64,000 nt of DNA from Octopus vulgaris (lineage: Eukaryota): the NCBI GenBank assembly GCA_951406725.2, contig OX597817.1:62000001-62064000 (forward strand), read 5' to 3'. Every line of letters starts with the position of its first letter. Positions within the stretch are counted from its first letter, which is position 1. Below are positions 42,788 to 57,990 of this stretch, piece after piece. The position numbers were made by a program, and so were the translations under genes. Below the pieces are notes generated by a model. It saw only the letters and a program-made list of their open reading frames with translations. It searched no databases and was not told the origin of the DNA.

Positions 42788-45035
42788 CACTGTACAACAA
42801 AAATGCACATGATTTCGACTACAGAGATGAGAATAACGTTTTCTAGGGTAGTTTTATGCATAGAACAGAAAAATGGCAACCTTTTCTCACGGAATGACTC
42901 TAGTTTATGGTAACTCAGCTTTTTAGCATTAGGGAATTTTTAACAATTTAAATTCTTTTATTTTTTCGGATTTTCGGAGAAAAAAATCTATAAAATACCT
43001 ATAAATATTTAATTATATTGTTAATTGGAATACAAATTGCATTAAAATGCTAAGAGGGCAGTGTGGAAGTCACCCAGACAAATTTTGTTATATCTGTGGT
43101 ACTGTGACATTCCAGAAGAATGCAAGAAACATTACACCGTTGGTAAAAAAGCAGTATTGCTTAAATGTTGATGTGGAGGTAGGAAACCAAGATAAAAGTT
43201 GAGTACCACTTATCTGTAATACAACATGTACTAATGGTCTTTCAAATTAGTTTTTGGGAAAGTCAAGAAGTATGAAGTTTAGTGTTCCAATGATTTGGCG
43301 CGAACCACATGACCACCATTCTTACTGCTATTTCTATCTTGGAGATGTTAAAGCTGTGTTTTTATTTGCATTAAACCTAGCATATATTTATCTAAATATA
43401 CTTATTTTTATTCGATACATTAAATATAGGAAATGCTATAATATAATTTATTTTCTTAACAGTTATAACAACGGAGAGTGCTTCGTCGGGAATTTATCCG
43501 AATATGAAATCCGCCATTCGACTTGAGCCTCTTTCGGCCAGCATTCTGATACCTGCGGTGCCAGCAAAAATGGCTTTATCCGATACTAGTGAAGCAACAG
43601 AGAATTGTGAACAAGATAAATTGTATGTGCCTGCATCAGAACAGTCCAGACTAAAACCCCTAGTACAGGATGAGTTAAATGATCTTGTTCTGGATTAACG
43701 AAAATGCAAAGCAAGTAACTGGCTTCTAGGTTAAAGGTAACTCAATATGTCAGTATTACAAAATTTCGAAACCGTACAGATGGTTTAATAGAAAATGTTG
43801 AATGAATAGCAGCTTGTGCTATTGTAAAAATATACTGGGACTCTTTGAAGAGCTTGACTTAAATAAGACCGTAGTGAGTGGAGGTTATTCATAGACTCTT
43901 CGGTTTATAGTACTAAAGCTGTGCTAATGCACATAGGTAATTAACTTCCGTCAATTACTGTAGCTCTTTCTGTTGTTCTAAAGGAAACGTACGAAACTTT
44001 ATCGCTCATATTAGATAGTATAAGATATAATGAGCATAAATGGCTGATTTGTGCAGACTCGGCATTTGTTGCGATTGCAAGTGGCTTACAGGCTGGGTTT
44101 ATTAAGTACATGTGCTTTATGTGTCAATGGGACAGCCGTGCTAGGGAGAGCATTACTTCCGTAGTGAATAGCCATTGAGAAATGAATTAGAAATAGGTTC
44201 ACATAACGTTATACGTGAACCACTCGTTCCTAAGGAATACATAATTTTGTCTCCATTGCATATTAAAATAGGCCTTATCAAACAATTTATCAAGAAGTTA
44301 AATCTAGAAGAGCCACTTGAAAACTAAGTTTCCCAAACCAAGCCATGTGAAAATCAATGAAAGGGTGTTTGTCGATCCCCAGATTCGGCAACTTTTAACC
44401 GACGATAATTTTGAAAATACCTTAAATGTTTTGCTATTGGATCCATGACAAAGTTTCAGAAATGTATGTAATGGTCTACTTGGGAAGCACAGAGCAGCCT
44501 ACTATGAAGTACTTGCAGAAAATCATTAGGGTGTATTATGTCGTTAAAAGTTCACTATTTGCATTCGCATCTAGCTTTATTTACTCAGCATGCAGCAGAC
44601 GTTAGCGACGAACATGGTGAGAGATCAACCAAGAGGTAAGTCAAATGGTAACTCGATATAAGGGGAAGTGCAGTCTCGCCATGCTTGCTGACTTTTGCTG
44701 GTTTCTTCAGAGAGATAGACCTGATGCTATACATAGAAAGAAACATAAATATTGTACTAAAAAATATATGTTCCTCCTTTAATTATTAATGCAAATAACG
44801 TATCTACTATTAATAACAGCCCATTTTGCAGAAAACTCGCTTTAATTCTTGGAAAAAATGTTATTTTCACAGAAAACGGCCCACTTTAAAGCAAAAGCAT
44901 ACCGTTTAGTGACGGCCCATTTTTATGAATCCCTGGAGTCATTTCATGAAAAACGGAGTTCATTTTCGTTATCTATGGTAAATACTGTTCCAGATAGTGA
45001 TGGTTTCTTTATAGCAAATTCATTATTGTACAGTG
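42788..45035 (+). mobile_element. Full-length but disrupted Chapaev3-like (CMC) DNA transposon
   Basis: TIRs CACTGTACAA...TTGTACAGTG with a TAA target duplication on both sides (42785-42787, 45036-45038). Transposase motifs: HPDKFCYICG, GNQDKS, PMIWREPHDHHSYCYF, YPNMKSAIR, QDELNDLV, WRLFIDSS, LKETYE, KYMCFMCQWDSRAR, PLHIKIGLIKQFIK, SLKVHYLHSHL, VSDEHGER, MLADFCW. Stops and frameshifts present. Family name from recall of the motif set, CACTG ends and 3-bp TSD. Confidence 0.85.
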
Positions 45036-46544
45036 TAATTAGTCGGAGATTTTGACAATGCAAAGAAAAGACACGGCACCCGGAGTCGAGAATGTTATAA
45101 TTTTCCGCAAAGAAATATTTACCCCAATATATATCCATATGATGCTATATCAAGCACATTAAATAGAATACTAACGTAGGTCAGAAATAACCTCTAAGTG
45201 ACTTACAATTCCAAAGGCTTTAGGAAAACCTTCTACTCCTTTTCTTCCTACTCTCAAATAGATTGAGAACCGCAAAACATTGAGGTCTTGGATTCTCTCC
45301 CTTTGCGGGGTAACTTGAACAAATGTCGCTTTTATAGCTTCAGATCGACTCATTTGTTGTGAGTGAAATTGTTTAGACAGAAACTCTACTGAAGCCCGTC
45401 AGGTAGATAATACCTGTAATTCAAACGGTACAGTTTTGCCACACTCAACGTGTGATGCTACATGTGACTTATGTTAAGGTTACACATGTCTCTAAAATGC
45501 TCAACCAGTTACACGTAAATTCAAGGACAGATAATTTAGACGATGGAACAACTGAATTCTAATTGCTGGCCTGGGCTCAAAACACTACCATCATAACAAG
45601 AAAAAATAGCACCAACAAACAATATATATAAAAGCGTAATATTGAATCAATAAGAAGCCTCTCGAGGTCTGCATGCTAGAAATAACAACCTAAAATACAT
45701 TCTAAACAAAGATATATCAAATGACAAAAAATCATATATTCTTGATTTATTAAAATTATCTCCAACTCTAGAGGATGGCAACTGAGACCAAGTCCATATG
45801 AGAAGAGGAGAAGAGTTTCTCCAAAGTTGACATGCCACTACGTATCATTTAAAAACAAGTGTGGCGGATACGTTGCACAATACAGCCACTAATATACAAA
45901 ATACTAGATGGTCATTCCAAGAATACCTTTAATCATTAATTTACTCCATTTGTGTTGACAAAGGGTTAAGCAACAACAACAACAACAAAGACAACAACAA
46001 AATCAATATCTATAATTTCCAACCGACTATTCATCTAGAAGGAAATGGAAATTTGTCGGAATGGGATTTACAGATGTACAGAATGACTATTGGTAAACCC
46101 ATCTGTCATTGCACAAGTACAGTATTTGCAACGGTATGGTTTGGTATGGTGTACCATGTTTTCGTTCATTGTTTCAGATGCTGATATAATCTCGAGCAGA
46201 CATAGATATCTTTTCAGCCCTTCTTACCAGGATGAAACGGAATATACAGGATGTAACAACGGGAGTGAGAGAGGGCTGATCTCAGTACTTGACAGGTACT
46301 TCATTTTACAGAACTAGAAAGGGTGAAAGGGAAAGTAGACTTTGACCAGAACGTAGAAACCCGGAGGAAATACTGCAAGGTATTTTTTCAAAGCGCTAAC
46401 GATTACAGCTGAGTAGAGTTAAGCAACGTGAAATGAAGCAGCTTTCTCAAGGACACCACACACCTCCCAGTATGGAAATTAAAACCATGATATTATGATC
46501 GTGAGCATAACCACTAGATCATGCATCTTCATTAAGTAGCTATT

Positions 46545-46700
46545 GAAGACGAAACAAAAGCTACAACCTCAGTGTAGCATGGATTGATTACCGATACGTC
46601 TTTGACAGCATATTACATTCTTAGATATTGGAGAAAATGTACATAAACAATCCAGTTTAAGATGTGTCAAGGAGATATACCTAAGGACTGTTGGTAATCA
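46545..46700 (+). mobile_element. Short R4/Dong-like RT fragment
   Basis: YNLSVAWIDYRYVFDSILHS*ILE resembles NLxMAWIDYKKAYDSVPHSWILE. Confidence 0.6.
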
Positions 46701-46769
46701 CATCGTTCAAAATGGAAAATATTAACACAATAAAATAAAGATGGAGTAATAAAATTTTTTTTTGAAAAC

Positions 46770-47006
46770 TTACTCTTTTACTCTTTTACTTGTTTCAGTC
46801 ATTTGACTGCGGCCATGCTGAAGCACCGCCTTTAGTCGAGCAAATCGATCCAGGACTTATTCTTTGTACGTCTAGTATTTATTCTATCGATCTCTTTTGT
46901 CGAACCGCTAAGTTATGTGGACGTAAACACACCACCATCGGTTGTCAAGCGCTGATTGGGGGGACAAACACAGACACACAAACATACACATACACACGCA
47001 CACACA

Positions 47007-47075
<69 letters not shown>

Positions 47076-47241
47076 TTATATATACGACGGGCTTCTTTCA
47101 GTTTCCGTCTACCAAATCCACTCACAAAGCTTTGGTCGGCCCGAGGCTATAGTAGAAAACATTTGCACAATGTGGCACGCAGTGGGACTGAACCCGGAAC
47201 CATGTGGTTGGTAAGCAAGCTACTTACCACACAGCCACTCC
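46770..47241 (-). mobile_element. SINE family B copy
   Basis: Reverse complement of the 17211 element with an expanded internal (CA)n. Confidence 0.85.
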
Positions 47242-48699
47242 TTTTGTTTTGTTTGCAGAGGAACCTCTTGGACCCTACTGATATTTTATGTATCGCTGAC
47301 TCTGCTAATGTATTTGCTGAATCAAATTTTCCAAAATTACAAATAGAATGGAAAATTATAAAATATTTTGTTAGTTAAGTACGACGTAGTATTCTAATAT
47401 TAGGGGGACAAAAAGGATTACAACATGACTTATCAATTGAAATAATATTTGTAATGATAAGGAAATATTTAACGGCAATTATTTTCATTATAGGGTAAAG
47501 GGAGAAAACAGTCAAAATTCAAACAATCAAAATTTAAAACCAGTTGAAGCGAGTTAAATCTTTGCTAGGAATGATAACACTAGGAGTATTTCGAGCTTAT
47601 TAAACATTGTCATGGAAGGATAATCAACCAGCTCTTAGAATGAATTAAGATGATATAATTAATGCGTGATAATTATTCACTTATAAAGCAATGACATTAG
47701 AAATATCTCAGGGATGGCTCCTGCGTAGAGGACATGTAATTAAGTATAGGCTAACATATTTAGTGTAGTGAACTAAAACAATATTCTAACTAACGACAAG
47801 AAAAATCCATTAGCACTAATGACAATTTTTTGTCAAGAAAAGTAAAGGAGATGACTTCGAAATTAAATTTGAATAAAAATGAATTGTATGATATCTTTAT
47901 TCAATATGAAACTAACTGAATGTCTTTTCTTCAGGAAAAACTCAGTCTTATTCTTTAATCACAAAGGTCGTTACTTCGTCTTCAAACAATGGAAACGAAC
48001 TGCTTTTGAAGAAAACAAACTTAATTTCTAATGGCGCAGACTACGAAATATATCCCGTTAGTTACGATACATCTCACCAAATTTATGACATAACTCGCGA
48101 ATATCAGCAACATAAGGTCTGTTTAACTGAAAAAGTTTTATTTAGTTCAAAGCACTGAACTAAAAGTAATTTATAGATTTGGAAAACACACAGAGGAAAA
48201 TATTCCTGCATAATTGGCCCATTGGATGGCCTACACGTTTTCAGAGAAGCGTAACTGCACGCAACATTTTATGCCAGTACTCCGGTCGTTTTTAGTTGCG
48301 TACATCCCCACACCCTCTGTGTCTAATTGATAACTCAGTGCATTACACTGGTCACCATAGAGAGTATTATATAAATATATTAAATAGAAAATATCTTACA
48401 TTTAAAATTATCTTAAAATTAAGTGATGCAACTCTCTTGAAACAGCTTCGTAGATAGGAAGCATGCTATGAATATGCATGATGTATTTATGAGCACGTGT
48501 ATTTTCTAGTGTAATATAAATTTGTCGCCTTTGCCGGATCTTCACAAATTTTCATGAATTCAAATGAAGATTTTCTAACATTTGGCAATTTTCTTTAAAG
48601 CTATTTCATTATAACGTTTTTAAAAATATTTTTACGCTTTATCATTTTACCTCTTCAGTAGAGTGCCAATTTAATACATCTATGGCATCATGGCAACAT

Positions 48700-49350
48700 A
48701 GTATGGCGTACAACATTACAAACCAGTGGCTTTCTGTTTTTAATGCAATGAAATTATTCCTACATCGAAACTTCTCGGTCTTCAATATAATATGAATATG
48801 CTTGCCAATACTAATTAACTTTATTCCATTGAACACTTTAGCTCTTTGCATATATTTACTGAATATAATTCTCTATATCTGCGCCGTGACTATCTTTTAA
48901 TTCCCGCTAAGTACATTGGCTTTATATCATTTCCAGGCTGCAGTTTTTCCCATCATATTTCTTGAGCACATTTCTCTTTATAACTTTTCTTACGCCTGAA
49001 ATTTTCAGCTAAACTTGTAAATACAAAACTTATGCAAGCTGTCGTCACAGGTCTTCCATTCTGAATCTTACAGGTGTGAATAAACGTTAATTTAGATCGT
49101 AGATTTAATCATTCAGTAGCTTTTTAATCACCAAACATCCTGCGTTTTCAAAATATTTTGTTATTCAATCTCAACTTGGAACCAACTTGTTGCATTTAAA
49201 ATAATCCAGAGTAAAGTAAAGTCAGTTATCCTGAATCGCATTCTTTCCACTTTATAGTAAATTTAAATCAAAGATGTAATGGATTAATTTTATAATAAAA
49301 GAAACGGGAAGAATTTATTGTCTCATGGCACATACTTTTTAGACTGTGTA
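48700..49350 (-). mobile_element. Highly degraded CR1-like 3' fragment
   Basis: RNNFIALKTESHWFVMLYAILCCHD is reminiscent of the CR1 C-terminus R..FF..RV...WN.LP..VV.C; only scattered identity. Confidence 0.3.
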
Positions 49351-50891
49351 GAAAATCTGGTTATGTTCTATGTTCTATGGCTCCCGTGTTTTATGTGGTC
49401 AGAAATATTTCTAAAGTTTCCAGACCAGGAAATAGATAGGAAGTTGATTTCTTCAGATAATTATATTAATCGACTGCTATAGTGGATTTAGCGTAAACAG
49501 TAAACAGAAAAGAGTTGATATTTGAAATGCTGACAATATATATGCGTTTTATTTGACTTGGACACTGAGGTCTCATCGCTCTCATGTACGTCCTCTTGAA
49601 GGTATTAATAGTAACGTGTATAATTGATAATCTGCTATCACAAAAAAAAATTAAATTAAAAAAAAACAAAACAAGAGATATTTGGACTAGCGTGTAGGAA
49701 TTTCAGGTAATATAATTTCTCTCGAAAAGTATTTAACCTCGAAGAACAACGCAAAATGGAACAAACTGTTCTTACATTCACAGGGCGAGGATAGAGATCA
49801 AAACATTATAATAATAATAAAATTATTGTATATAGTGCTCAATAATTCTCAATATTGTTCAGTGCCGTTAAGCATTTTTAGATCATAGAAATGATTATTA
49901 ATATTATCGACACTAGGATGGAAGCCCCTTACTACATTCAGTGTTTCTGTACTTGGTGATTCTTGATGAAGAATTCAGTTTTGTATGAGAATATAATTAC
50001 TCAAGACTGAAGCTTAAGGCGATCTCTTACTGTGTTTATCTATTTTAATGAAGATGGATATGATAATTGAAATGATGATCATGTTCTCAGAGGACTTTGG
50101 CAAAACGTTTTTATTGTTAAGACCCACAGAAGTCCTGCAAGGAAGAACCTACTATCAAAATCAATCCAGTCAACATCATCCTATATTCTTTCGAAAACAT
50201 ATGTCAATCCCCATTCTAAAAATGTTAGTCTGTGATAAGAGTGAGATCTGGCTACTTTTCTAGAAAATTAAGCAAACTTGTTATAGCTTCTTTGATTCAT
50301 GAGTAAAGCGTTGTTATATATGACGAAATTGCTGTGATTTAGTAATTCAATCCTCAGCGATTTGGAATCACCGACTGAAGAAAAATGAAACGAGGTTAAA
50401 TAACCCTGACTTTCAACATTAAGTTAGATCTTTATCATATTTAAATATAATTCACATTTTCACCCGTTCATATGTCATATAACAGTGATAGCTATTCAAG
50501 TGAACAATTATATTAATATTTTGCCTCAACTCAAATTGTATTCAAACAATTGTCTAAAAGATTTCTGTTCAAAATATTCAAGTTAAATATAACAGCAGGA
50601 TGGCAATTATATTCTAGTTGAAATATTTATTAACTTGTATATAACTGATAACATGAGTTATTTCCTCTAGTTATAGACAAGATCCTGCTGGGATCTTGTC
50701 TATAAAAACAGACAGCTGTGCTGATTGGATAAATAATCATTGCAAAACCATACAATAGGAATTATTTTATTAATATATATATACATAAGGAGAGATAAAT
50801 TGATAGATAGAGACAGACAGATAGTTAGACAAACGGATGGATAGATAGATAGATAGATAGATAGATAGAATAATCGATGGATAGATGGATG

Positions 50892-50930
<39 letters not shown>

Positions 50931-50939
50931 GGATGGATT

Positions 50940-51039
<100 letters not shown>

Positions 51040-51103
51040 TGTATATAATAAACTTTTCAGGATTTCAGATATTGGGGAGAGGAAGACGGTATTAGACTGA
51101 AAA

Positions 51104-51335
51104 GGCGGCGAGCTGGCAGAAACGTTAGTACGCCGGGCGAAATGCTTAGCGGTATTTCATCTGCCGCTACGTTCTGAGTTCAAATTCCGCCGAGGTCGAC
51201 TTTGCCTTTCATCCTTTCGGGCTCGATTAAATAAGTACCAGATCCTCACTGGGGTCGATATAATCGACTTATTCCGTTTGTCTGTCCTTGTTTGTCCCTT
51301 CTGTGTTTAGCCCCTTGTGGGTAGTAAAGAAATGA
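51104..51335 (+). mobile_element. tRNA-derived SINE, family A (intact copy with TSD)
   Basis: GGCGGCGAGCTGGCAGAAACGTTAG head, B box GAGTTCAAATTCC; 15-bp TSD GTATTAGACTGAAAA at 51089-51103 and 51336-51350. Confidence 0.9.
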
Positions 51336-52834
51336 GTATTAGACTGAAAACCTTCCCAGATGCTTACAACAAATTATATTCCATTACGGTACTCAAAGGT
51401 TATGTGGTCTTGGATGATGGATTAAGCCTATAATTCAAGAAGAACAATTCCCTGTTAACTTCCACACAATTTTTATAAAACAAATTTCACACACAAAATG
51501 CTTTAGTCGATACTAAGTGATATAAAATAGTAGCTTGAAGTGCTGCGTAATGGATTAAACTCAAACCACGTACATATCAAATGAGTTCTTTGAACAGCCA
51601 ACCATGCTTGTGATAATGTTTACCATGAGGAAATTATTTTAAAGATACAATCTCAAAATGAAAATCGCTTTCAAATCACCTGCCCTTAGTGAGTGTTTTT
51701 TTAACAAAATTTTGCTAGAAATCGACTGTCGAATGAATCAAGAGTTCGGGCCCTTTTGAGATGAGGTAATATAAAAATTGTAAGTTATTGGATTTTGATA
51801 TAGCTGAGGTAAAGTAAGGCAGCGAGTTTGTAAAATCGTTAGTACGCCAGGGCAAAATGCTTAGCTCAAATATCGAATTCGACTTTGCCATTCATCCAGT
51901 TAAGTACCGGGGTCGATGTAATTGACTTGCACCCTGCCTCGAAATTGCTGGCCTTGTGCTGAAGTTTAAGACCAGTATAGCTCAGTTAAGGTAACATCAA
52001 TTCACTTCCTATTAAGATGACGTTACACACAGATTCAAAACATAATTAAATCATTTATTGAAAGATTGTCGAAGCTTACTAAATTTCAATACTCTGAGTT
52101 TGATTTAAAACTGCTGTACTCTAACAGTGTACACCGATTTATTTATTTTATTTATCTATTTCATCTAGTTTCAGCTCACGAGCTGTGGCCATGCTGGAGC
52201 ACCGCCATGGTAAAGTAATGAACTTTCATATAACTGACTGAAATAATTTGGAGATAAACTGTAAATGAAGTAAGTGTACTTCGTTCGCTTAAAAAAAAAA
52301 ACAGAAAAAAAATTCACGAGATGTTGAATAATCTAGAATGATGGGGATATTATTTGCTGAAACCAAAAACAAATCTAAAATTTATAAGCAATCAATAATG
52401 GCAATTTAATGGTTCCTGATACCATCAAATCACTATTATTATTGCATCGATATTTACACAAGTTTTATTCTTGAACACATTCAAACAAACCGCTAGATTG
52501 AACCGACTTATTGTATGCATGCTTGTGCGCGTGGTGTGTGTGTGTGTGTGTGTTTGTGCTTGCGCGTTAATGTTTGTGTTTCTGCATGCATTGTTGCCAG
52601 AACACAACCTACAGCTTTTAACCCCTAGATTTTTTTTTCACTAACCTCGGGGTAAAAGTTTTCATGGAAGAATCAACAAACATTTTCAGCATTTATGTGT
52701 TTATGGCTATAGAAAAACAGAATCGCATAAAAATACACACACAATATAAGCTTGTGTGTATTCTTAAGTGCTAACATTAATTTTATGAATACACCTATAT
52801 ATAAGGTTTATAAATCCAAACATACATGCACATA

Positions 52835-52904
<70 letters not shown>

Positions 52905-52992
52905 TATAAATACACGTATATACTTACATATATACATATGTATACAAATATAATACATATATGCATACATTGATACTTACATGCATACATGC

Positions 52993-53055
<63 letters not shown>

Positions 53056-55027
53056 AACGTATGTATGTATTCATTCTATATGAAAAGTAAGTTTCCTCCA
53101 TTGTGTCATTATTTAGAAGCATTTTCCCCGAGGCAGAACCTAAATAGGTGTTGAATCATAACTTTTTCATAATGATAGGAAATATCCATTCTAATCAAAG
53201 CGTTAGAATTTAATATCACCAAAATGTACTTTGGAAAAAAGTTGATGTTAAAAGCCAAAAGATAGAAAATGTGTTATATAGATAAAAGCTATGATCGATC
53301 TCTTGTTTGTTCAATATTCAAGGTTTCATACTCAAAATGACAATTAGATAAAGGACGTTGCGATGATAAGCTTGGGGCATCATTCGCAAGCACTATTGCA
53401 AACTTAATCTCCGAAGGAAAAGATTAACTACCACTTGAAAACGACTGGGCATTTCAAGCGCACTTAAAAGATTTTTAAAGAGTCGAAGAAAACCATTATA
53501 AATATGGCGGGTCAGGAGCAGGACAGATTTGATGTGTTTCTTTCGCAATTGATCGATATCATCGATCCTTATCTATAGAATAACCACATCACAATTCAGT
53601 TCTTCTGCCTGACTCTCATTCTTTTTGTCTCTCCCGCTCCCAGTCTATCTTTCTCACTTTCTTTCCATAGCCCATTTAAGTATATTTTCTCTCTAAAGAA
53701 ATAAAAATAAAACACGTGAATTTGTTTATGAGGCACTTAAGTACACTATCTTACGCACATGTCATTAACATAAAGTGATTATTAGTCACGCCATATAAAC
53801 TGTATTTTTAAGATTTACTGCCAGAGTAAATCTTCAGAGACAGTGCAAGTTAATATCTTGAAACAATCTAGCATATTTTGTTTATATTTCCTTTTATCTA
53901 TGTTGATAATAACAAGAACATGAAATACTGGCTTTACTGTACAGGCTACAGCAACTTAGGACTGTAATTGGTTCGAAGACTCGGAAACGGCATAACACGT
54001 AAAATCTGTGTAAAATGTTTATCAGTCTATATATGTTTAAATAAATGGCTTTTGCTTATTTTGACATGTATTTTATTTGATTTTCCACTTCAGTATTAGC
54101 TTTTAGTCTTTTTAAACTTTTATGTTTTTAAGTATGGTAGCCGAGACCGACGTAAAGTCGGATAAAATGACGAAAGTTGAGGGTTTTTTTTTCCCTCAAT
54201 AATTTCTTCAAAAAACCATGTAACTCAAAACAACCTAAGATGATGTACGCCTGCATATCGCAAGCTGGGAGTATAGAAACTATATATATTTATTACGTTA
54301 AATGGAATTGTGTACAGTTTTGGAGCACGAAGTAACGTAGTGTGAAGGCACATGGTTAGGGATTAGGATGTTCCGCTCACAATCGTAAAATTGTGATTTT
54401 GATTACGGGATTGGGTTGTATGTTGTATTCGTGAGCGAAACATTTCATGTCAAGCATCTACAGTTCACTCAGCTCTGTACGAGTTTCGTCAATAGCTGCG
54501 AGCTTAAACTTGAGAGGGACCGGAGTCCCGTTAACCGGGAACGGTTGTAATTTCAGTTAATTAATCACCTTGGAAACCGGATTAAGTTCCGGCTTTATGA
54601 GTCCTAGGCCTCATGACAGACCTAAAATTATGTCTAAATAACATAATAAACAAGTTAGATTGAGAAAAATGGTTATCATGATTGTACGCCATCTCTCTTC
54701 GATCAATGTGTCCCATCACATACTCGACCAGTTCAACTGAATTTAAAAAGAAATTAACGGGGAGAAAAACCTTAACTTAAGTCGATTTATCCGACTTTAC
54801 GTAGGTTTCAGCGAACATAAAACATATAAGTTTAAAAAAACATGTAAAGTGGAAAGTCAAATAAAATACAGTTGAAAATATGTACAAACTATTTATAAAA
54901 ACAGATGTATGCTAACCATTGGCAATTATCGAAACCATTTGTGAGAATTGTAACCCGTGAAGCTAAGATAGCAATTCATTCTGCTCCTTAATACACATAT
55001 ATTCTTTATTATTCTTAATAGATACAT

Positions 55028-55105
<78 letters not shown>

Positions 55106-55547
55106 ACACACACACTCACACAGACATACGCACACAAACACGCACACATACACCTTTAAGCATATGATATGTTAGCTTACACACGCACAAATACACATAT
55201 ATGTAATATGTATGTGTGTATATATATATAGTATGTATATCTATGTAAACATACACATACACACATGGCACATACATACGTATATATACGACATATCAAC
55301 CTGTTACAACACAGAAGACATTTTGGCTATAACAGCAACATGTGTACATGTTTATAGCCTATTGGAACACAAAGCTTTGTTTTCGCTGCTGTATGATATA
55401 TGACTTTGCAGGAATACCAGCATTTTTTCAAAACCACATGCATCCGTCATGCATGAGCCAACACCCACACACTGTATATGAGTGTCTTTTATATTACAGT
55501 AACCACAAGGGAACTAATTTACGGAGCTATATTTGGTATCGTCTTAC

Positions 55548-55623
55548 CAGGAAGAATACAAACTATGCAAACTTTCAAATGTCGAATGCCAAAACGCTTA
55601 TAATTTGCTGTCCTGAGAATGGT
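55548..55623 (-). CDS. Weak candidate upstream exon of the TMEM272-like gene
   Basis: tttcag|ACC...CCT G|gtaaga, 76 nt, open frame TILRTANYKRFGIRHLKVCIVCILP-G ending in phase 1, so it is compatible with the 60-bp exon. It has a CxxCI motif but homology is otherwise unconvincing; could be chance. Confidence 0.25.
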
Positions 55624-55899
55624 CTGAAATTTTGAATGACCACTTGGATCCCACTATGCAATTATATATCCTTTATCTTTATTTTTTGTGTACTCACATA
55701 TGCAGAACAAAATAATAAATGGAGAAAGTTTGTAAAGATAATTAAGAATGTAAATTGTACAAATTAATATAAAAATCTCAAAAATAAAATTTATACAAAA
55801 ATGAAATGAGGTACTTAAAAGCATGTCCGTTTTACAGAATACAAATTTGCATTTAGCTGTACTTGGGATTACAAAAATTAGAAACCAATGAGTTTATTT

Positions 55900-56570
55900 T
55901 GGAGTACTCGTTGATTTCTGTTGCAAGTGAGTGAGTCGAAGTTGTTGACTGCTTCACTTATTTCAGTAGTGAGATTCATAGCAGCCTTAGCTGTGGGTCT
56001 GAAATCCTAAAAAGACTTGGACGAGCCGGTGCAGCTGTGAACTCATTGAGCCAGGGTGTTTGGAACTGTCGATATCTGAACAGCAGGATATTGGCTCAGG
56101 TACTTAGGTCTCTGGTCCTTAGGCCCTTCCTGTCCTGCTCTATACTTGTGAAGCTTGGACACTCTCCGTGGCCCTTAGGAACAGCCTGAACACGTTTGGT
56201 ACCAGGATGCTTCTCAGGATTATGGGTTACCATTGGTCAGATCTTTTATCCGGTCAACGACTCTACTGAGAAAGTGGGATGCGTCCTATTACTTGTATGA
56301 ACGTCAACTCAGACTGTCTGGCCATGTTGCTCGATTTTCTGAGTCAGACCCTGCTTACCATATTCTCTTAACTGAAGATCAGACTGGGCTGACGGCTCGT
56401 GTTGGTCGACCTCATGCCATATGGTCGCGGCAGATGAGGAGGTATCTCGAGGATATGAGGACTAACTGGGACTCTGCTCGACGGCCCGCTCGGGAGGACT
56501 CGGGATTATACCGACAAATAGGGAATGCAACAATACGATACAACGCATTCCTCCCACACCTGACAAGAGG
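55900..56570 (+). mobile_element. RTE-clade LINE 3' fragment
   Basis: VEVVDCFTYFSSEI...EILKRLGRA...VWNCRYL...LLYTCEAWTL...RQLRLSGHVARF...GRPHAIW: typical RTE RT C-terminal motifs. Confidence 0.85.
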
Positions 56571-56903
56571 TTATTGGACCCAAACGAATCTTTGTAAAAT
56601 AAAAAGAATAAATAGATAAAACATTCTAATCGGGTGAAGATAATCGAGAATTATTTTAAAGTAATCAAGGAAAACATTGAACTACAGAAATACAAAAACA
56701 AGCATTTAAAATTATATTAATAATATTTGAATGTCTTACTGTCAGTGAAATCTAATCGAGAATGGACGGGTATGAATTTAGATCTTGTCTTGACTGGTGG
56801 AATACATACAAGCATATGAGTTGTAGTAAAAATTTAGTTTGAGAAAATCTCATAGTAGCTGACAGTTATACTATTGATTGGCTACGGAGATCAGAAAGGA
56901 GAA

Positions 56904-56951
56904 TCCACTCTGAAGAGCGATCAACAAACCGCGAAATGGTTTGTCAGGAGA
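56904..56951 (+). ncRNA. Type I hammerhead-like motif, intact core but eroded stems
   Basis: TCCACT-CTGAAGA-GCG(10 nt)CGC-GAAA-TGGTTTG-TC-AGGAGA. Confidence 0.5.
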
Positions 56952-57631
56952 CGTCTCCCTCATTTTCTGTCCATTAATTGTATGAAAGGAATGTTTACAT
57001 TTTACACAGCACTCTACGACAGCCAATCCCTTTCGAAACTTAAACCTAAAATCTATTTCAACACTTCTGATTCGAGCTACATTGTACAACAACATATATC
57101 GTTTATCTGATCGTACTCAGGTTCGTCATCCACCTTTGAGAATTAAATTCTTTTTGAACTCGATTTAAGTTTTCATTCTTCCTATGTACGTAAAAAGAAA
57201 TTGGATAATCCCAGAGAACTTCTTAGATGGATTGAAACATTTAAACATCATCTTCAAAAATTGTCGTTGGGTTTGAATCAAAATAATCAATAGTATAATA
57301 ATGAAAGTTGAGCAGAATAATGAAAAGTAAAAATATACTCGCTCATTATAAATCTACAATGAGATATTTGAAATGGATCTCTTTAGCGATACAAAAAGAA
57401 ACCTACAATATTTGTTCGATAATTAGATTTGTAACTTCAATAAAGCTCAATTTTGAACTGGCACGTAGCATTGATTTCGTATTTGAGATTGTACATCTCC
57501 ATCAAGTGTATAGCTAGCTCTGTTCTGTGGACGATCAAGGAATATTTTAGTAGAACATTCTCAACCACTTGATTATGTCGATCTTAATATTTGTATATAT
57601 ATATTTGTGCAAGCCTGCATGTGTGTGTGCA

Positions 57632-57684
<53 letters not shown>

Positions 57685-57686
<2 letters not shown>

Positions 57687-57814
57687 TATCTATCTATCTA
57701 TACACACACACATATTTATATGTATATATTTTATATATACATAATATAGATATAGATATATCGATATACAATAAACATATGTATATACAGATACATACCT
57801 ATATGTATATATAC

Positions 57815-57889
<75 letters not shown>

Positions 57890-57923
57890 CAGATACATAC
57901 CTATATATGTATATACAGATATA

Positions 57924-57990
<67 letters not shown>

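Noticed and set aside
45171-45353. Minus-strand ATG ORF with a strong GTAAGT donor at about 45216 as a TMEM272 first exon
   Set aside because: The donor is phase 0 in the open frame; the phase-1 frame needed to join the 60-bp exon has a TAA a few codons upstream.
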